This document shows, in pieces, positions 26,908 to 39,997 of a stretch of 64,000 nt of DNA. The position numbers were made by a program, and so were the translations under genes. This stretch comes from Eledone cirrhosa (lineage: Eukaryota). Every line of letters begins with the position of its first letter. Position 1 is the first letter of the stretch. Location of the stretch: contig OZ024741.1 of assembly GCA_964016885.1 (NCBI GenBank), forward strand, positions 1,860,001 to 1,924,000. The letters are read 5' to 3'. The notes below the pieces were generated by a model, which was given only the letters and a program-made list of their open reading frames with translations, ran no database searches and was not told where the DNA came from.

Positions 26908-26989
26908 CGCCTGAAGAAAGGTCACTATTTTGATATCTCTTGTTTTCTGGAGATATGGTCAAATTTGCGCCTTGAAACCTTGGATTGCG
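26908..26989 (+). ncRNA. Degenerate hammerhead-like motif with extended stem II
   Basis: cgc-CTGAAGA-aagg...cctt-GAAAC-cttggatt-gcg; stem III and the cleavage triplet are imperfect. Confidence 0.5.
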
Positions 26990-27550
26990 GCCTTTTTGTG
27001 TTTATGAATATAAATAAATGATACAATACACACACATATATATATATATATATATGAAGTTTGGTGATTGTAACGTTAAGTTACTGTTGGTTAACCGACG
27101 TGAGCATTCGATACGTAGTCTACAGTATATACTTTGAAGTTATACTAAGCAGAGTGTTATAATAATAATTAGCACGAACGGGGTGTTTTCATTACGGTTT
27201 CGTGGCGTGAAGCGACTGTGTTCAAGAATCCTCCCCTTCCCTGGGCAGGACGCCAACCCATCCCAGTGTTAAACCCATACCTAACTGAACGAGGAAAACT
27301 AAAATAAAACAACGTTTCAGCTGCTCTCTTTGATATTCTGTGTAAGGTAATATGGATTATTTTAGAAGGATTCATCAAAATAAAATGATATAGAAAAGTG
27401 AGGTTCTCCAAGTCATACAGAGTTCATGTCAATGGAGTAATTGACAAAGACACGGAACTGAAAAGAAAAAAATTATATTAATCAATAAATTGTGGGTTCA
27501 TGGCTCCTGAGATACGGAAACGAGAAAATATTCATTGGTAGTCTCATTAC

Positions 27551-27600
27551 ATTCCAGGAAGATTCCAGGAAGATTCCAGGAAGATTCCAGGAAGATTCCA
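27551..27600. repeat. 11-bp tandem repeat (attccaggaag) x4.5
   Basis: Direct reading. Confidence 0.95.
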
Positions 27601-27693
27601 TGGTGTCTGTATCATAGTAGACTCCGAAGCAACCGGACCTCTTACTAAAATTAGATCACTAACCTTGAAAATAAGTTCATATATTGTTCATGC

Positions 27694-27726
<33 letters not shown>

Positions 27727-27927
27727 TGTATGTATGTATGTATGTATGTATGTATGTATGTATGTAGGTGTGTGTGTGTGTGTGTGTGTATAGATATGTT
27801 TATGTGTGTGCGTGTGTGTGTATATATATATGTATATTATTATTGTTGTTGTCGTTATTATTATTGTTGTTATTATTATTATTATTAGTTATTAATGTAT
27901 ATGTGTGTATGTATATGTATGTGTGTT

Positions 27928-29203
27928 TGAGAGCTTTGGGAGAGGGCTCCAACACTGATGTCATCTACCTTGATTTCAGCAAGGCCTTTGACAGGGTTAA
28001 TTAATAAGATTCTATTGAAAAAACTATCCAATATTGGTGTCTCTGGAAAGTTACTACAGTGGATCAAATGTTTCCTGACAGACAGAGCCCAACATGTTGT
28101 AGTTAAAGGAGTACAATTCAGCCCAGCCAAAGTCAGCAGTAGCATCCTGCAAGGCACTGTTCTGGGCCCACTTCTTTTCATCGTCTACATTAATGACATT
28201 ACTGACATCATCAAGCACAACAACATACGAATCTTTACAGATGATACCAAGCCCAGAAAGTCATCAATGAAGTGGGTGACCGGACATCCTTCAGTCAGAC
28301 CTACTGGCTGTTATCCAATGGGCGAAAAAAAACAATATGTTGCTGATTGAGGATAAGTTCAAGTTAATCCACTTTGGAAAAGAGGATGCCCTGAAACTCT
28401 CGTATTCTCTTCCTTCATGTGAAAATCTCGTGGCATCCAACAACATGAGAGACTTGGAGTAATTGTGGCCAACAACATAAGCTGGGCCACTCATATAAAC
28501 AGCAAAGTTGATATGGCCCGCAGAATGTGTTCCTGGATTCTCAGAACCTTCCAGTCGAGAGATGTTCACACTGTTATCCTTCTCTTCTCCACTTTTGCCC
28601 GACCCTACCTTAAATACAGTTGTCCACTGTGGTCTCCCCACACGAAACAAAGTATCACGAAAGTTGAAGCACCTCAAAGGTCAATTACAAAAAAGATAGA
28701 TGGCATGACAGGCCTTGACTATTGGGGTCGATTAGAAAAGCTCAAACTTTATTCTTTCCAACGTCGCTGTGAGCGCTACATTATCTGTATGATGTTTAAA
28801 ATATTACATCAGCTTAGCCCAAATGATGTTGGCATCACCTTTAGTGTACACCCAAGGCTTGGGCCCCGTGCTATCCGCCCACGACAAAAGTCTCACTCGC
28901 ATCTCATAACAACAATACAGCACTATTATTTCACCTCAATTGGCCCCACTCTCTTTAACATTACACCAAAGCACATTTAAACGGAAACAGACCCCATAAA
29001 GTTCAAGAAGTCTTTGGACAAATTCCTTCAAGAAATTCCGGATAAACCTCCTACACCCGGAGATGTCTCCGTAAACAATAACTCTCTACTTGAGTGGGCC
29101 TTGGTGTCCAAATCCTGATTTGAAAGACTTCGCTAGGTGGTGCTTTTAAGGTAGACATGGCCTGGGCCAATACTGGCCGAAACCTATCAAAGTTATCAAA
29201 ATT
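27928..29203 (+). mobile_element. CR1/L2-group LINE, 5'-truncated and decayed
   Basis: YLDFSKAFDRV, QGTVLGPLLFIVYIND, FTDD, RPYLKYSCPLWSP, YWGRLEKLKLYS; short repeated tail tatcaaa. Confidence 0.85.
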
Positions 29204-29287
29204 ATGAGAATGGAGGCGGTAAAAACCAGTTCGACCATTACTCACCAGAGTACTCGATACTTGGTGCAGTAGAGTGGGTAATATGAA

Positions 29288-29385
29288 AGAATTCAGGACC
29301 CCGATGGCAGAACTCCGGCCGTTTCAACAACTGAATCTAGCTGTTAAAACGGCCGGAGTCCAGCCGTCGAGGTCCTGGATTTTTT
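29288..29385. repeat. GC-rich imperfect hairpin
   Basis: caggaccccgatggcagaactccggccgtttcaaca pairs with tgttaaaacggccggagtccagccgtcgaggtcctg. Confidence 0.8.
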
Positions 29386-29784
29386 CCTTCTTTCTCCTGA
29401 TTAAGTATTAGCGTCCGAAACATTAAGACCCTCTTCCTGCTATATCAAGCGTTAACATAATATATCCCTTCGATATACTGTACCGATTGTGTTGTTATTT
29501 CTGGTATGGGTGTTGGTAGTGGTGTTGTTGGTGGTGTTGGTGGTTTTGGTGGTGGTGTTGGTAGTATTGGTGGTGGTGATGGTGTTATTGTTGGTGGTGA
29601 TGGTGATTTTAGTTTTAGATAAATTGAGAATCAGTTGCGAGGGTGACATGGGTGGAATCTTTAGTTGTGTAATTAAACGACTGTGTAGGTTTACATTCAT
29701 ATATCCACTCATTTATACATACATAAACACACATACACACACAAATATATATATATATATTTCGTTTCTGAATTTGTTTAGCAA

Positions 29785-29836
<52 letters not shown>

Positions 29837-29934
29837 TTGGGGAGGGTCATATTGTTGTAATAATATTATTGCCAGAAATAATAACAGAAAACACTCACTG
29901 TTTGGTTGGTTTGGTTTTCGCTTCTGTATCTTTT

Positions 29935-30049
29935 ATATCTACATAGTTAATTCATTGATTAAGTTGTCTAAAAATTGCTGAGCACTTGAAGCTGTGCCAC
30001 TCAATTTTAGATAGTTTGCTAGCTTAACCAGATCATCAGAAAAACTGTT
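29935..30049 (-). ncRNA. Degenerate HHR with long stem II, homologous to 5272-5382
   Basis: CTGATGA-tctggttaag...aaaattgagtggcacagcttcaagtgctcagcaatttt...cttaatcaat-GAAT. Confidence 0.55.
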
Positions 30050-30097
30050 AAAATATATTCAGTTTTCACAAATCCTAATTATATATATATATATTTA

Positions 30098-30293
30098 TCT
30101 CGGGTTCAATCGGGGGTAACCAGAGTAAGTAAGGTACTCAATACATAGCAGAGTATAAATATTTAATATAGAAATGGCTTCTACAGAACTAGAACTGTTT
30201 CATACGGGAGAACTCATTAGGAAGCCACCAGGGCTTCCTGATGTTTTCTCCTGAATGTAACAGTTCTAGTTCTGTAGAAGCCATTTCTATATT
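30098..30293. mobile_element. Fold-back HHR element, family C
   Basis: Arms about 30165-30226 and 30232-30293, each a mutated ggcttc-CTGATGA...GAAAC-ag..ct-GTA-gaagcc; flanked by (TA)n. Confidence 0.8.
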
Positions 30294-30310
30294 ATATATA
30301 TATATATATA

Positions 30311-30750
30311 AGAAAAGGGAAGTGAGGTTCTATACAAAACAGTGGGTATAGAGAAAAGATGAAGTTGGAAATAGCAGGGGAGATATATTTAAGGGTCTGT
30401 TTGTTTTTTTTTATTCGTCAAAGTGACATTATTGAAAAGATAATGTTATTAAAAAAAGCGAGGGACAATTCTTTTTTTTTAATTTTTTATGAAGTATATA
30501 AAGTATATTAGAAAATTACCGGTTTCAATGTATTAAGATCCATCTTGTCAAATTCAGTGAAAAAAGTTAATTAAAAAGAGTTGGTAGGACTAGAGAAAGG
30601 TTTAAAATTAAAATCAAAATCGAATGTTTGAGTAAAATTTCTTCCATCATGCTTCCTGAAAAGTTGGCCAACTTTGGACAATAATGTCACTTTGACGAAT
30701 CAAAAAAGAAAAACAGACCGGTGCTATTTCCAACTTCATCTTTTCTCTCT
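30311..30750 (-). mobile_element. Fold-back element with a decayed HHR at 30513-30555 (minus)
   Basis: 30351-30434 is an imperfect inverted copy of 30679-30747; minus strand reads aat-TTGACAA-gatg...catt-GAAAC-cg-GTA-att. Confidence 0.6.
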
Positions 30751-30826
30751 CTCTCTATATATATATATATATTTATGTGTGTGTGTGTGTGGGTGTATAT
30801 GTACGTATGTATGCACATATGTATAT

Positions 30827-31389
30827 TCTTCTTCTTCGCCCAATCATTCCATGGAGGGTCGTGTGGGAAGAGTCCTCAAACAATTCTTCCAGCGGGTCCT
30901 GTCAGGAGCAACCATCTCCAACCGATCTGGCTGGATCCCCAAGCGGGACAAGCCAATCTCATGGATATTCTCCAACTATCTTGCTAGGAGTCTACACCTG
31001 GGTCTACTGCCGGTTGGTTTTGCCCGTAAAATCTTTCCAATGATTCTTTCCTGAGACATTCTAACCACATGTCCATATATAGCAGCTCTACCTGGAGTAA
31101 CTCTTTGATCTCCGAGCTACGCACTCTATCGTGTAACGTTATTTCAAAGACCCTTTAGAGGAACCCCATATCGGCCACTTGTATTCACGATCGTATTCTT
31201 CCGGTCATTACCCACGTATCATGACCCTAGGTAAGGGTTGGCACGAATACCGAATTGAAGACAGCGAGTTTGACTTTTACACCTACCTCCCTTCTTCTGA
31301 TTATCGAATGCTGAAGCCGGCACATTACTGCACCAGTTCCTGCAATTCTTGCATTTAATTCAGCCTCCTCCCTTCCATCACTTGTGAAC
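30827..31389 (-). mobile_element. RTE-clade LINE 3' fragment
   Basis: Minus strand encodes [16 protein letters not shown]...KPTGSRPR; (GAA)n tail at 30827-30836. Confidence 0.7.
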
Positions 31390-31445
31390 TGTGCCAGCTT
31401 CCTCTATATATATATGGCCATGTAGGCACACAAACACACACATAT

Positions 31446-31482
<37 letters not shown>

Positions 31483-31483
31483 G

Positions 31484-31545
<62 letters not shown>

Positions 31546-31605
31546 GTGTGTGTTTGTGTGCCTACATGGCCATATATATATATAGCGGAAGCTGGCACAG
31601 TTCAC
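31384..31605. repeat. Inverted duplication centred on a (TA)n run
   Basis: gtgaactgtgccagcttcc...catatta and its near-perfect reverse complement flank the TA tract. Confidence 0.9.
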
Positions 31606-31653
31606 CCTTCAAAATATTAATAAAGGAAGACGTTCACATAATCAAAATATATG

Positions 31654-31715
31654 TTTTATTATATATATTTCGGAGGTACTGTGCTGTTTTTTCAGTACGT
31701 CCTCATCAGATAAAA
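31654..31715 (-). ncRNA. Hammerhead ribozyme, family A
   Basis: ttttat-CTGATGA-ggac-gtactg..cagtac-ctcc-GAAA-tatat-ATA-ataaaa. Confidence 0.75.
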
Positions 31716-31962
31716 TACATAAATTGATGTACGGCATACCTCAACTGTCTTGATGGTTTAATTTCAGTCTTGGCAGTGATTTATTACATCAAAACTCTAT
31801 GTTTATATACCACAAGAAGGAATAACATGACAAACTAAATGTGATGAAGAGAGGGATGTGAAGCGAGATATAAGTATCAAGAGGGGGTGGGTATGAGAAA
31901 ATATAGAAGAAATAAATAAACACATAAGTACATAAATGTTAAAATATATAAATATTCATGTT

Positions 31963-31969
<7 letters not shown>

Positions 31970-32055
<86 letters not shown>
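31970..32055. repeat. (GA)n microsatellite
   Basis: Direct reading. Confidence 0.95.
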
Positions 32056-32057
<2 letters not shown>

Positions 32058-33308
32058 AAATGGAAGAGAGAGGGAAAAGAAAAAACGATGAAGATAAAAA
32101 GAAGGAGGGAGGGGGAGATAAAAGAGAGGATGGAATACATAACTGCAACAGCAAAGAAAGAAAGAAGAAAGGGACGTGATGCGTGACAATTGTTTTTGAA
32201 TATTAAGTCAGGTAGAAGCGACCAATTAAATACCGTTAAAATTATTAATATCTATTGTATTAAATCAAAATTAAACAATATGAAATATTTTCAATGATAA
32301 TCAGAAGTATAGTTAAATTAATAAATATATTCAATATTTTGTTACAAAATTCAAAATCAGAAACATTTAACCTACAAATAAAGTTTACAAATATAGTAAA
32401 TATGTATGAGTATATTTATCATAACTTAATCACATATCACCATCTGTATATGCATTTTATACAATGTTTAGAATTATTAACATTATAAACATTACAAACA
32501 GTTTAAATCAATAGTTGTCAATTACGTATAGGATTAATTAATAGTTATATTTACTCTTGAAAGTATTATTATTTCGAATCAACCTAATCCTACTACATGC
32601 AACAGTATAAATTAAGTTAAATATACATTATTAATCCATTGGATAAAAACGAAAATTATATACAATAAATGTAAACAAATGAGCTCCGTACAACATATCT
32701 GATCTTTTAAATTAGCTAAATGCTTTGAAAGCCAGGAAGTATTTCAAATCACAAATTTAGAAAATTCAAGTTATACAATGACGATTCTAAAACCGAACTA
32801 AAGGTATTTAGTCAATCATGAGATTAACTCACCATACAAAAGAGCCAATATGCAATTTTATAAGGTAAGGTAAAACATTATATATAATAACAACGGTAGC
32901 ATTTCAAGAATTATTAATAAAAGTCAATATTTTTCACTCATTCAGTGTTTTTTTCTAAATTTAAATGATGCTTGAAATGATTTTCCAAATTTATGGAGGC
33001 AAGTTGCAAATAACTCATTTTTCTTATTAATTAAATTACTATAATTAGTAATTATTAATAGAGTTTCCAAATTGCAAAGATGGCAGATTGGTGAGATGGA
33101 AGCATTCCGATATGATTGAGAGTTTCTAAGTTTAATTCAAGAATTTGAGTAATTTATATTTTTCTTTTTCAAAGACCATATTAATTGTGATAACAAAGTA
33201 GACATTTTTTTTATGTGGATTAGAGAAAGAATGTTTATGATTGGAAAATCGAAGTTTAAAGTTCGATGATGTTGCACCTATGTAGTTATAAGTAATATTA
33301 TTTGTTTT

Positions 33309-33496
33309 GTGGATTGGCAGTATCGGTAAGGGTCGGACGCCATGCTTTGAAGCATAGAGTTACCTCCCTTTATGATCTGAGTTCAAATCCCGCCGAGGTT
33401 AACTTTGCCTTTCATCCTTACGGGGTCGATAAAATAAAGTACCAGTAATGCACTGGAATAATTGCTGGCCTTGTGCCAAAAGTAGAAACAATTATT
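33309..33496 (+). mobile_element. tRNA-derived SINE
   Basis: A-box-like tggcagtatcgg, B-box gagttcaaatcc, central gcctttcatccttacggggtcgataaaat domain, (ATT)n tail; several copies in the window. Confidence 0.85.
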
Positions 33497-33695
33497 TGTT
33501 TTAATGGTACATTTATATACTAAATTCTTATCAAGGCGGTTATTTTGTAAAGAGCATTCAGATTTCCTTCTACAGTTACAGTTCGATTCCATGCTATTTC
33601 GATAACCTAAACTGTTCGTATTATCATTGTTAATGTTTCTAGGTGTTCCACTATATGTGTTTAAATTATTGTTATTGTTATTCGCATTAACTACT

Positions 33696-33730
<35 letters not shown>

Positions 33731-33759
33731 GTTATTATTATTATTGTTATTGTTATTAC
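33497..33759 (-). mobile_element. Naiad-type PLE fragment: poly-Asn linker and start of the GIY-YIG domain
   Basis: NCNCRRKSECSLQNNRLDKNLVYKCTI matches the CxCx5C motif also seen at 49774-49850. Confidence 0.7.
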
Positions 33760-36700
33760 TCCTTGAGGCTCAGTCATTGATGTTAGTTAACTGGAAAGTT
33801 TGTTGGAATGAATATCAAGCCACTACCTAGCCTCAGATATTCAGGACGTATCGGAGGGTTCTTGCTGTTCCCAGCAAGCATGCCTTTTGAAGCGTTCCAA
33901 AAAGCGTGAAGGGGCCGATTTTCTTTAACCATCCCTGGAAACTTTTGGAGATAGTCCCCAGTGCGCCTATGACAATCGGGATCACTTTGACTTCATGGCA
34001 GTTCCAAATCCTTTTTACCTCCCACTTTAAGTCCTGGTATCGGTTAATTTTCTCCCTCTCCTTCTCTTGCACTCTCGTGTCGAATGAGCAGGCCACATCC
34101 ACAATCAGGCACGATCTTTTTTCTTTGTCCACAACCACCAGGTCAGGTCTATTGTGTTCCAGTTTCTTGTCCGTCTGTATCCTAAAATCCCACAGCACCT
34201 TCACCTGATCGTTCTCTATCACCGCCTCTGGCTTATGCTCATACCACTTCTCAGAATGTGGTAAATTGTTTACTTTGCACAGGTGCCAGTGGATCACCCT
34301 GCCCATCACATCATGTCTCCAGCCCTTATAGTGGGTCTGGACTAGGTGTTTACACTCGGATACAATGTGAGCCACAGTCTCCTCTCTCTCTCCACAGATC
34401 TTGCACAGTAGGCTAGCCTCCTCCTTGTAAATATGGTGTTTCAACCACTTCGTTTTGAGGGCCTGTTCCTGCGCAGCCATTAACATTCCTTCTGTAGCCT
34501 TTTTAAGGTCTCCTCTTCTCAACCAGTTCCATGTCTGTGGATCTCTAAATTCAGTTTTCTCAAAGAAGATACTATGAAGGGATTTTCCCTGAAGGCTGCT
34601 CTTTCTCCTTGATGTTATTTCCTCCTTGGACATCCCCTGGCCTATTGCCCCCTCCTTCAGTACAGTTCTGAGCATTGGCTCCTTACTATCAGTCACGTAT
34701 TTGTGTAGGTTTGTTTTTCTCCATCTGAACACAGTCCTCTATGCTGATAAGACCTCTTCCACCCTCAGATCTCCTTAAGTAGAGACTATCGACATCACTC
34801 CTCTTGTGGAACATGTTGTAGATAGTCAATAGCTTCCTAGTCTTCCTATCCATTTCTTTTTGTTCAGCAACATTCCATCTCAGAATTCCCGCACTGTACC
34901 TAATAATAGACACAGCTCGGGAATTTACTGCGCTTATGGCATTTCTGCTGTTTAGATGTGACTTCAATACGCTCCTTACTCTCCGAATGTATTCAGTTCT
35001 TAACAATTCCTTCATTTTTTTGTTCTTTATGCCATCAGCCTCCAGAACGCCCAAATACTTGTATCCTTCCTCAGAGTCAATTTCCTTTATCATCTCACCT
35101 GTTGGTATCTGGATTCCGTTACTTCTGCTCAACCTACCCCTCCTCATCACAATGACTCCACACTTACTAATACCAAACTGCATACATATATCACTGCTGA
35201 AAATACGGACAGTGTCAACAAGCACATCCAACTCCTTCTCACTCTTCCCGAAGAGCTTAAGATCGTCCATGAAGAGGAGGTGATTGATGGTAAGCCCTCC
35301 CTTTCCCAACCTGTATCCTGCTCTCACTTTTCGCAGTACACTGGTCAGGGGCATCAGGGCAAGGACAAACAACAGAGGGGACAGGCTATCTCCCTGGAAG
35401 ATACCTCTCTTGATCTTCACGCTTCCCAAGGATTCTCCAGTTGATGTTAACTCTGTTTCCCAGGACCTCATACTTTTGCCCAACAACTGTCTGATGTTAT
35501 CTGCCACCCTGAAGATCTCCAGGCTTTTGGTGATCCAAGAATGAGGCACCATGTCAAATGCCTTTCTGTAGTCTATCCATCCCATGGCAGATCAGTGTGT
35601 CTCCTCCTGCAATTCCCCATTACCATCTTATCAATAAGTAACTGGTCCTTTGTACCACATGACTTCTTTCGGCATCCTTTCTGTTCGTCCGGTAACAAGT
35701 TGTTTGTGTGGAGGTGATGGTAGATTTCCTCAGACACAATGCTCGTCAACAGTTTCCACATTACGGACAGACATGTGATAGGTCTATAGTTGGTAACATC
35801 ATTACCCTTGATTCGGTCTTTCATTATCAGAACTGTGGTACCTTTTGTCAACCACTCTGGTACCTCACCTGACATCAAGCAGTCAGTTTCGGGTGGAGGG
35901 ATGTTATATTTTTAATCCAATACCCCTGCACACCATCTGGGCCTGGTGATTTCCAGTTGGTTAGTTTTTTGGCCTGCCCCTTAAGAGTTTCAACTGTGAT
36001 ACTCAAATCAGTTTGTTGGTGTGCCTGTTCACCGATCTCCTTCTGTACTGTCTCAATCCACACTGCCTGGTCATTATGTCTAACATCCTGCTCCCATATT
36101 CCTCTCCAGAATGTTTTAGTTTGTTCCGCCTCAGGGATCAAGTCGTTGCCTCTTTCTTTCCCCTCAAGCTGTCCAAACAGCATCTTCTGGTTGTTGTCGA
36201 ACATGCGGTTCTGTTTATACTGACTGACTCTGTTCTCGTATCGCCTGATTTTTGCACTCTTTGCTACAATGCGTTGCTTCAGTTCCTCTATGATAATATT
36301 TAGCTTTTTCCTCCTAGTTTTGTACTTTATTTCCAGTCTATTTTTAGTGCCTATGTTTTTTAGTGTCCCATTCAGTAGTGACTCAAGCTTTCCTATGTCA
36401 TTTCTCATTTCCTTGATTTGACCACTCAGTCGTTTCTTCCACCAAGGCTCTGCTCTTTTTTGTCTGTTGTTTCCTCTCGCTTTTATACCAAGTAGTTTCC
36501 TCACCGTATTTGCTGTTGCTTTGAGAATATTGTTGCACTGGTGAAGGCTCCTCGCCTCAAGGTATGGGATGACTTTGTTTACCTTAGCTGTTGTTTCTTT
36601 TAACTTTTTCCTGTCTACAAATCTTAGGTTCATAGGTCTCCCACTATCATTGTTCAATTAATCTACCACTAAATTTAGGATGTCAACCGAATCTTGTCCT

Positions 36701-36869
36701 AGCCCGTCAGCATTCATCTCCTCAGTGGCAGTATCTCTGTTCCATGTATTATTTATCTCAGTATTCAGATCATTGTCTGCTTCGGGTGGTTCCTCCGTTC
36801 TCTCGACCTCTTCACCTTCATTTCCCACTGGCTCGTTTGTCTGGCATACTACACCCTCCATCTCCAAGC
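33760..36869 (-). mobile_element. R4/Dong LINE family 1, copy 1, 5'-truncated, inserted in (TAA)n
   Basis: [39 protein letters not shown] restriction-like endonuclease; frameshifted; (TTA)n at both ends. Confidence 0.92.
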
Positions 36870-36919
<50 letters not shown>

Positions 36920-36920
<1 letters not shown>

Positions 36921-39900
36921 AATTGCATTTATCTTGCTTTATGTTCATACGAGTTATCACCATGTCACAACCAGTGACCTCAAGAGACAACAAGGTCCGC
37001 CATGTTCAAGAAAGAACATACATACTCACACATGCATCTTTAGTGTTTAGACTTGTGATGTACTTATATTGACAGAATCTTCCTTAGTATATGGGCAGTT
37101 CCCATTAGTACTATCTTTTGTATTTCTCCTATACGCGGGTTTCCTGGGATTTGCGATAAGTAATCATTAGACCCCTTAGGTATCATTCCCAGAGCGCCTA
37201 CAACCACTGGTATTGTTTTAGTTCTCAATTTCCACATTTTTCCAATTTCTATCTCCAGGTCCTTATACTTGCTCAATTTTTCAAATGTTTTTATAGATAC
37301 ATTCTTGTCTATTGGAACAGACATATCAATTAGCAGGCATACCCTCTTTTTAAAGTCCTTCAATATTATATCAGGTCTATTTGCATCTATTTTTCGGTCT
37401 GTTTGGATGCTAAAGTTCCACAAGATTGAGATGTGATCTTTTTCAAGTATGGGAGGTGGTTGATGCTCCCACCAATTCTTTTGATGGGGCAGGTCAAAAT
37501 GCTTACACATTATCCAATGTATGTATTGTGCAGCTCTGTCATGCCTGTTTATGTATTCGGTTGGAGCTATAGGACTGCACATTGAAATTATATGGTCAAT
37601 GGTCTCTGGTTGTTTTTTGCATACACGGCATAATGGGCTGCATCCATTTTTTATTATGTTGGCTTGGTAATTTTTTGTTGGCAGACACTGATCTTGTGCT
37701 GATATAATCAGTCCTTCAGTCTCCGATTTCAGTCCAGAGGATGCCAACCACTGATGGGTTAAAGTTTTGTCAACATCAGGATTGTTAGTTCGCTCTGGGT
37801 ATTTTCCATACAGAGGCTTTTCTTGCCATTTCTTAGCCAGTTTCTGTAGCAGTTCTTTCTTTGCAGTTACTTTTACCTGCTTTGCTTTTTCTGTGTTTTC
37901 CATTTCAGCAGTAAATGGGACTTCTGAAATTTGTAGTCCATTACTGTATCTTTGTGCATCTTTTGTAATGGAATATGATCTTTTGATGCTTTCGTGTTTC
38001 AAAACGAGTTTGATCATCCAATCATGTGATTCTCTTAGATATGTAGATAATCCAATTGTTGCAGTTTTCAACGCAATGTCTAACTGGATTAACCTACGTC
38101 CTCCTTCTTTCCTAGGGAGATATATTCTATCTATATCTGCCTTAGGGTGATGCATTCTGTGCATGGTTAAGAATTTTCGAATTTTTGTATCGAGCCTACG
38201 GATCTCTGTGCTTGACCAGTTGATGACATTGTAACTGTAGGTTACTACTGGTATGGCAAGCGTGTTTATGGCATCGATCCTATTCCTTGCATTCAATTCC
38301 GTTCTTAAGATTGCTCTTACTCTGCGGTAACATTCCTTCCTTATCCTTTCCCTCATTGTCGAGTGCTTGATTCCGTCTCCTTCACAAACACCTAGATATT
38401 TGTAAGTTTTTTCTTGATCAAGTTCTCTCATCACGTTCCCCCGATCAAGATTAATGTCTGAACTCTTCAGCAGCTTTCCTCTGGTGAACGTTGCTTTGGC
38501 GCATTTATCTAGTCCAAACTCCATTTTAATGTCATCACTGAACTGCTTCACAGTGGATAATAGCCCTTGCAATTGTTCATCATTTTTTGCAAATAGTTTC
38601 AGGTCATCCATGTAGAACAGGTGATTAATGGTTTTGTCATAGACTTTACATCCATGTTTTGTTTCATTGAGCATTTTACTTAATGGTATAAGTGCGATGC
38701 AGAATAAAAGCGGTGATAAAAAGTCACCCTGAAAAATTCCACAATTAATATTAACTTCTCCAGCTTCCAGTGATTTTGTTTCACTATTCAAAAGGAGTGT
38801 CGTTTTCCATGTCTTCATACTGAATGACAAAAACCTCCTGACAACGGGGGATACTTTGAAAATCTCTAAACATTTTTCAATCCAACTGTGTGGCAAACTA
38901 TCAAATGCTTTTTTATAATCTATCCAAGCAATCGATAGATTTTTGTGTCTATTATGACAATCTTCCAGTATCATTTTGTTAACCAGAAGCTGATCCTTAC
39001 AACCATATGAGCCTCGTTTACACCCTTTCTGCTCAATGGGAAATAGGTCATTTGTTATCAGGTGGTCATATGTGTATTCAGTTAGGACTGATGTTAAAAT
39101 TTTATACATTGTGGTCAAGCAAGTTATCGGTCTGTAATTTTTGGGATTGTTTGTCTCATCATTCTTCGGAAGCAGGAATGTGATGCCGTTAACTAGCCAT
39201 GAAGGTATCTTTTCTGGCTCCTTAACTATTTCATTGTAAAGTTGGGCTAACAGCTCATGAGACTCTGTGAAGGCATTTATCCAAAAGTTTTGTATTTGTC
39301 TTTTCCTGGGGATTTCCATTTGCTGGTTTTTCTTAGAGCCAAGCGCAACTGTTCAACTGTTATATTTTCCCATGTTTGTTCCTCAAGGTGAGCTGTATCT
39401 TTCATTTGTCTGTCTATCCCTGGGGCATGTATGTTATGAACTTTTTCTTCGGCCCAGATCTTTTCCCAGAATTCTTGCACTTCCTCCTTGGGTGGTATTG
39501 ATTTAGCAGTTATTGTTGACTTACCAATTTTTCTGTAGAAGTTTCTTTGGTTGTTTTTGAACATATTATTGTCCTTATAGAATCTAGATCGTTTTTCAAA
39601 GCGCCTTATACGAGCAGCTTTGGCCGACACTTTTTGCTTGATTATTTCTATCAGCATGTCTATGTCACATGTTGATTTTATACTGTACTTTTTTTTGAAT
39701 TTTCTAAGTTTAGTTTGTTTAACATCTTCACCTACTTTATAGTTTGTTAAAATTTCTATGTCAGATCGGAGAAGGTTTATTTGGCGATTGATGTTCTCTT
39801 GCCAAGTAGATTTCTTGTGGGAATTCCTTTGTTTTTTCATCTTCACTCCACATAAGTGAGTGGTGACTTTAGCCGATGCATAATAGAGATGATTTAGATC

Positions 39901-39997
39901 AGTAATGTTTAGTTTGTTTGTGATGATAATGTTTTTGAGAATTATGTTAGTCTTGTGTATTATCTTTTGGTTCTGTTTGGGGTTCTGGATCTTAGGG

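Noticed and set aside
32200-33300. AT-rich unique region searched for exons and ribozymes
   Set aside because: No supported ORF, splice pair or HHR core found.
33309-33390. tRNA gene
   Set aside because: The A/B-box head runs into a shared SINE body and tail; no cloverleaf.
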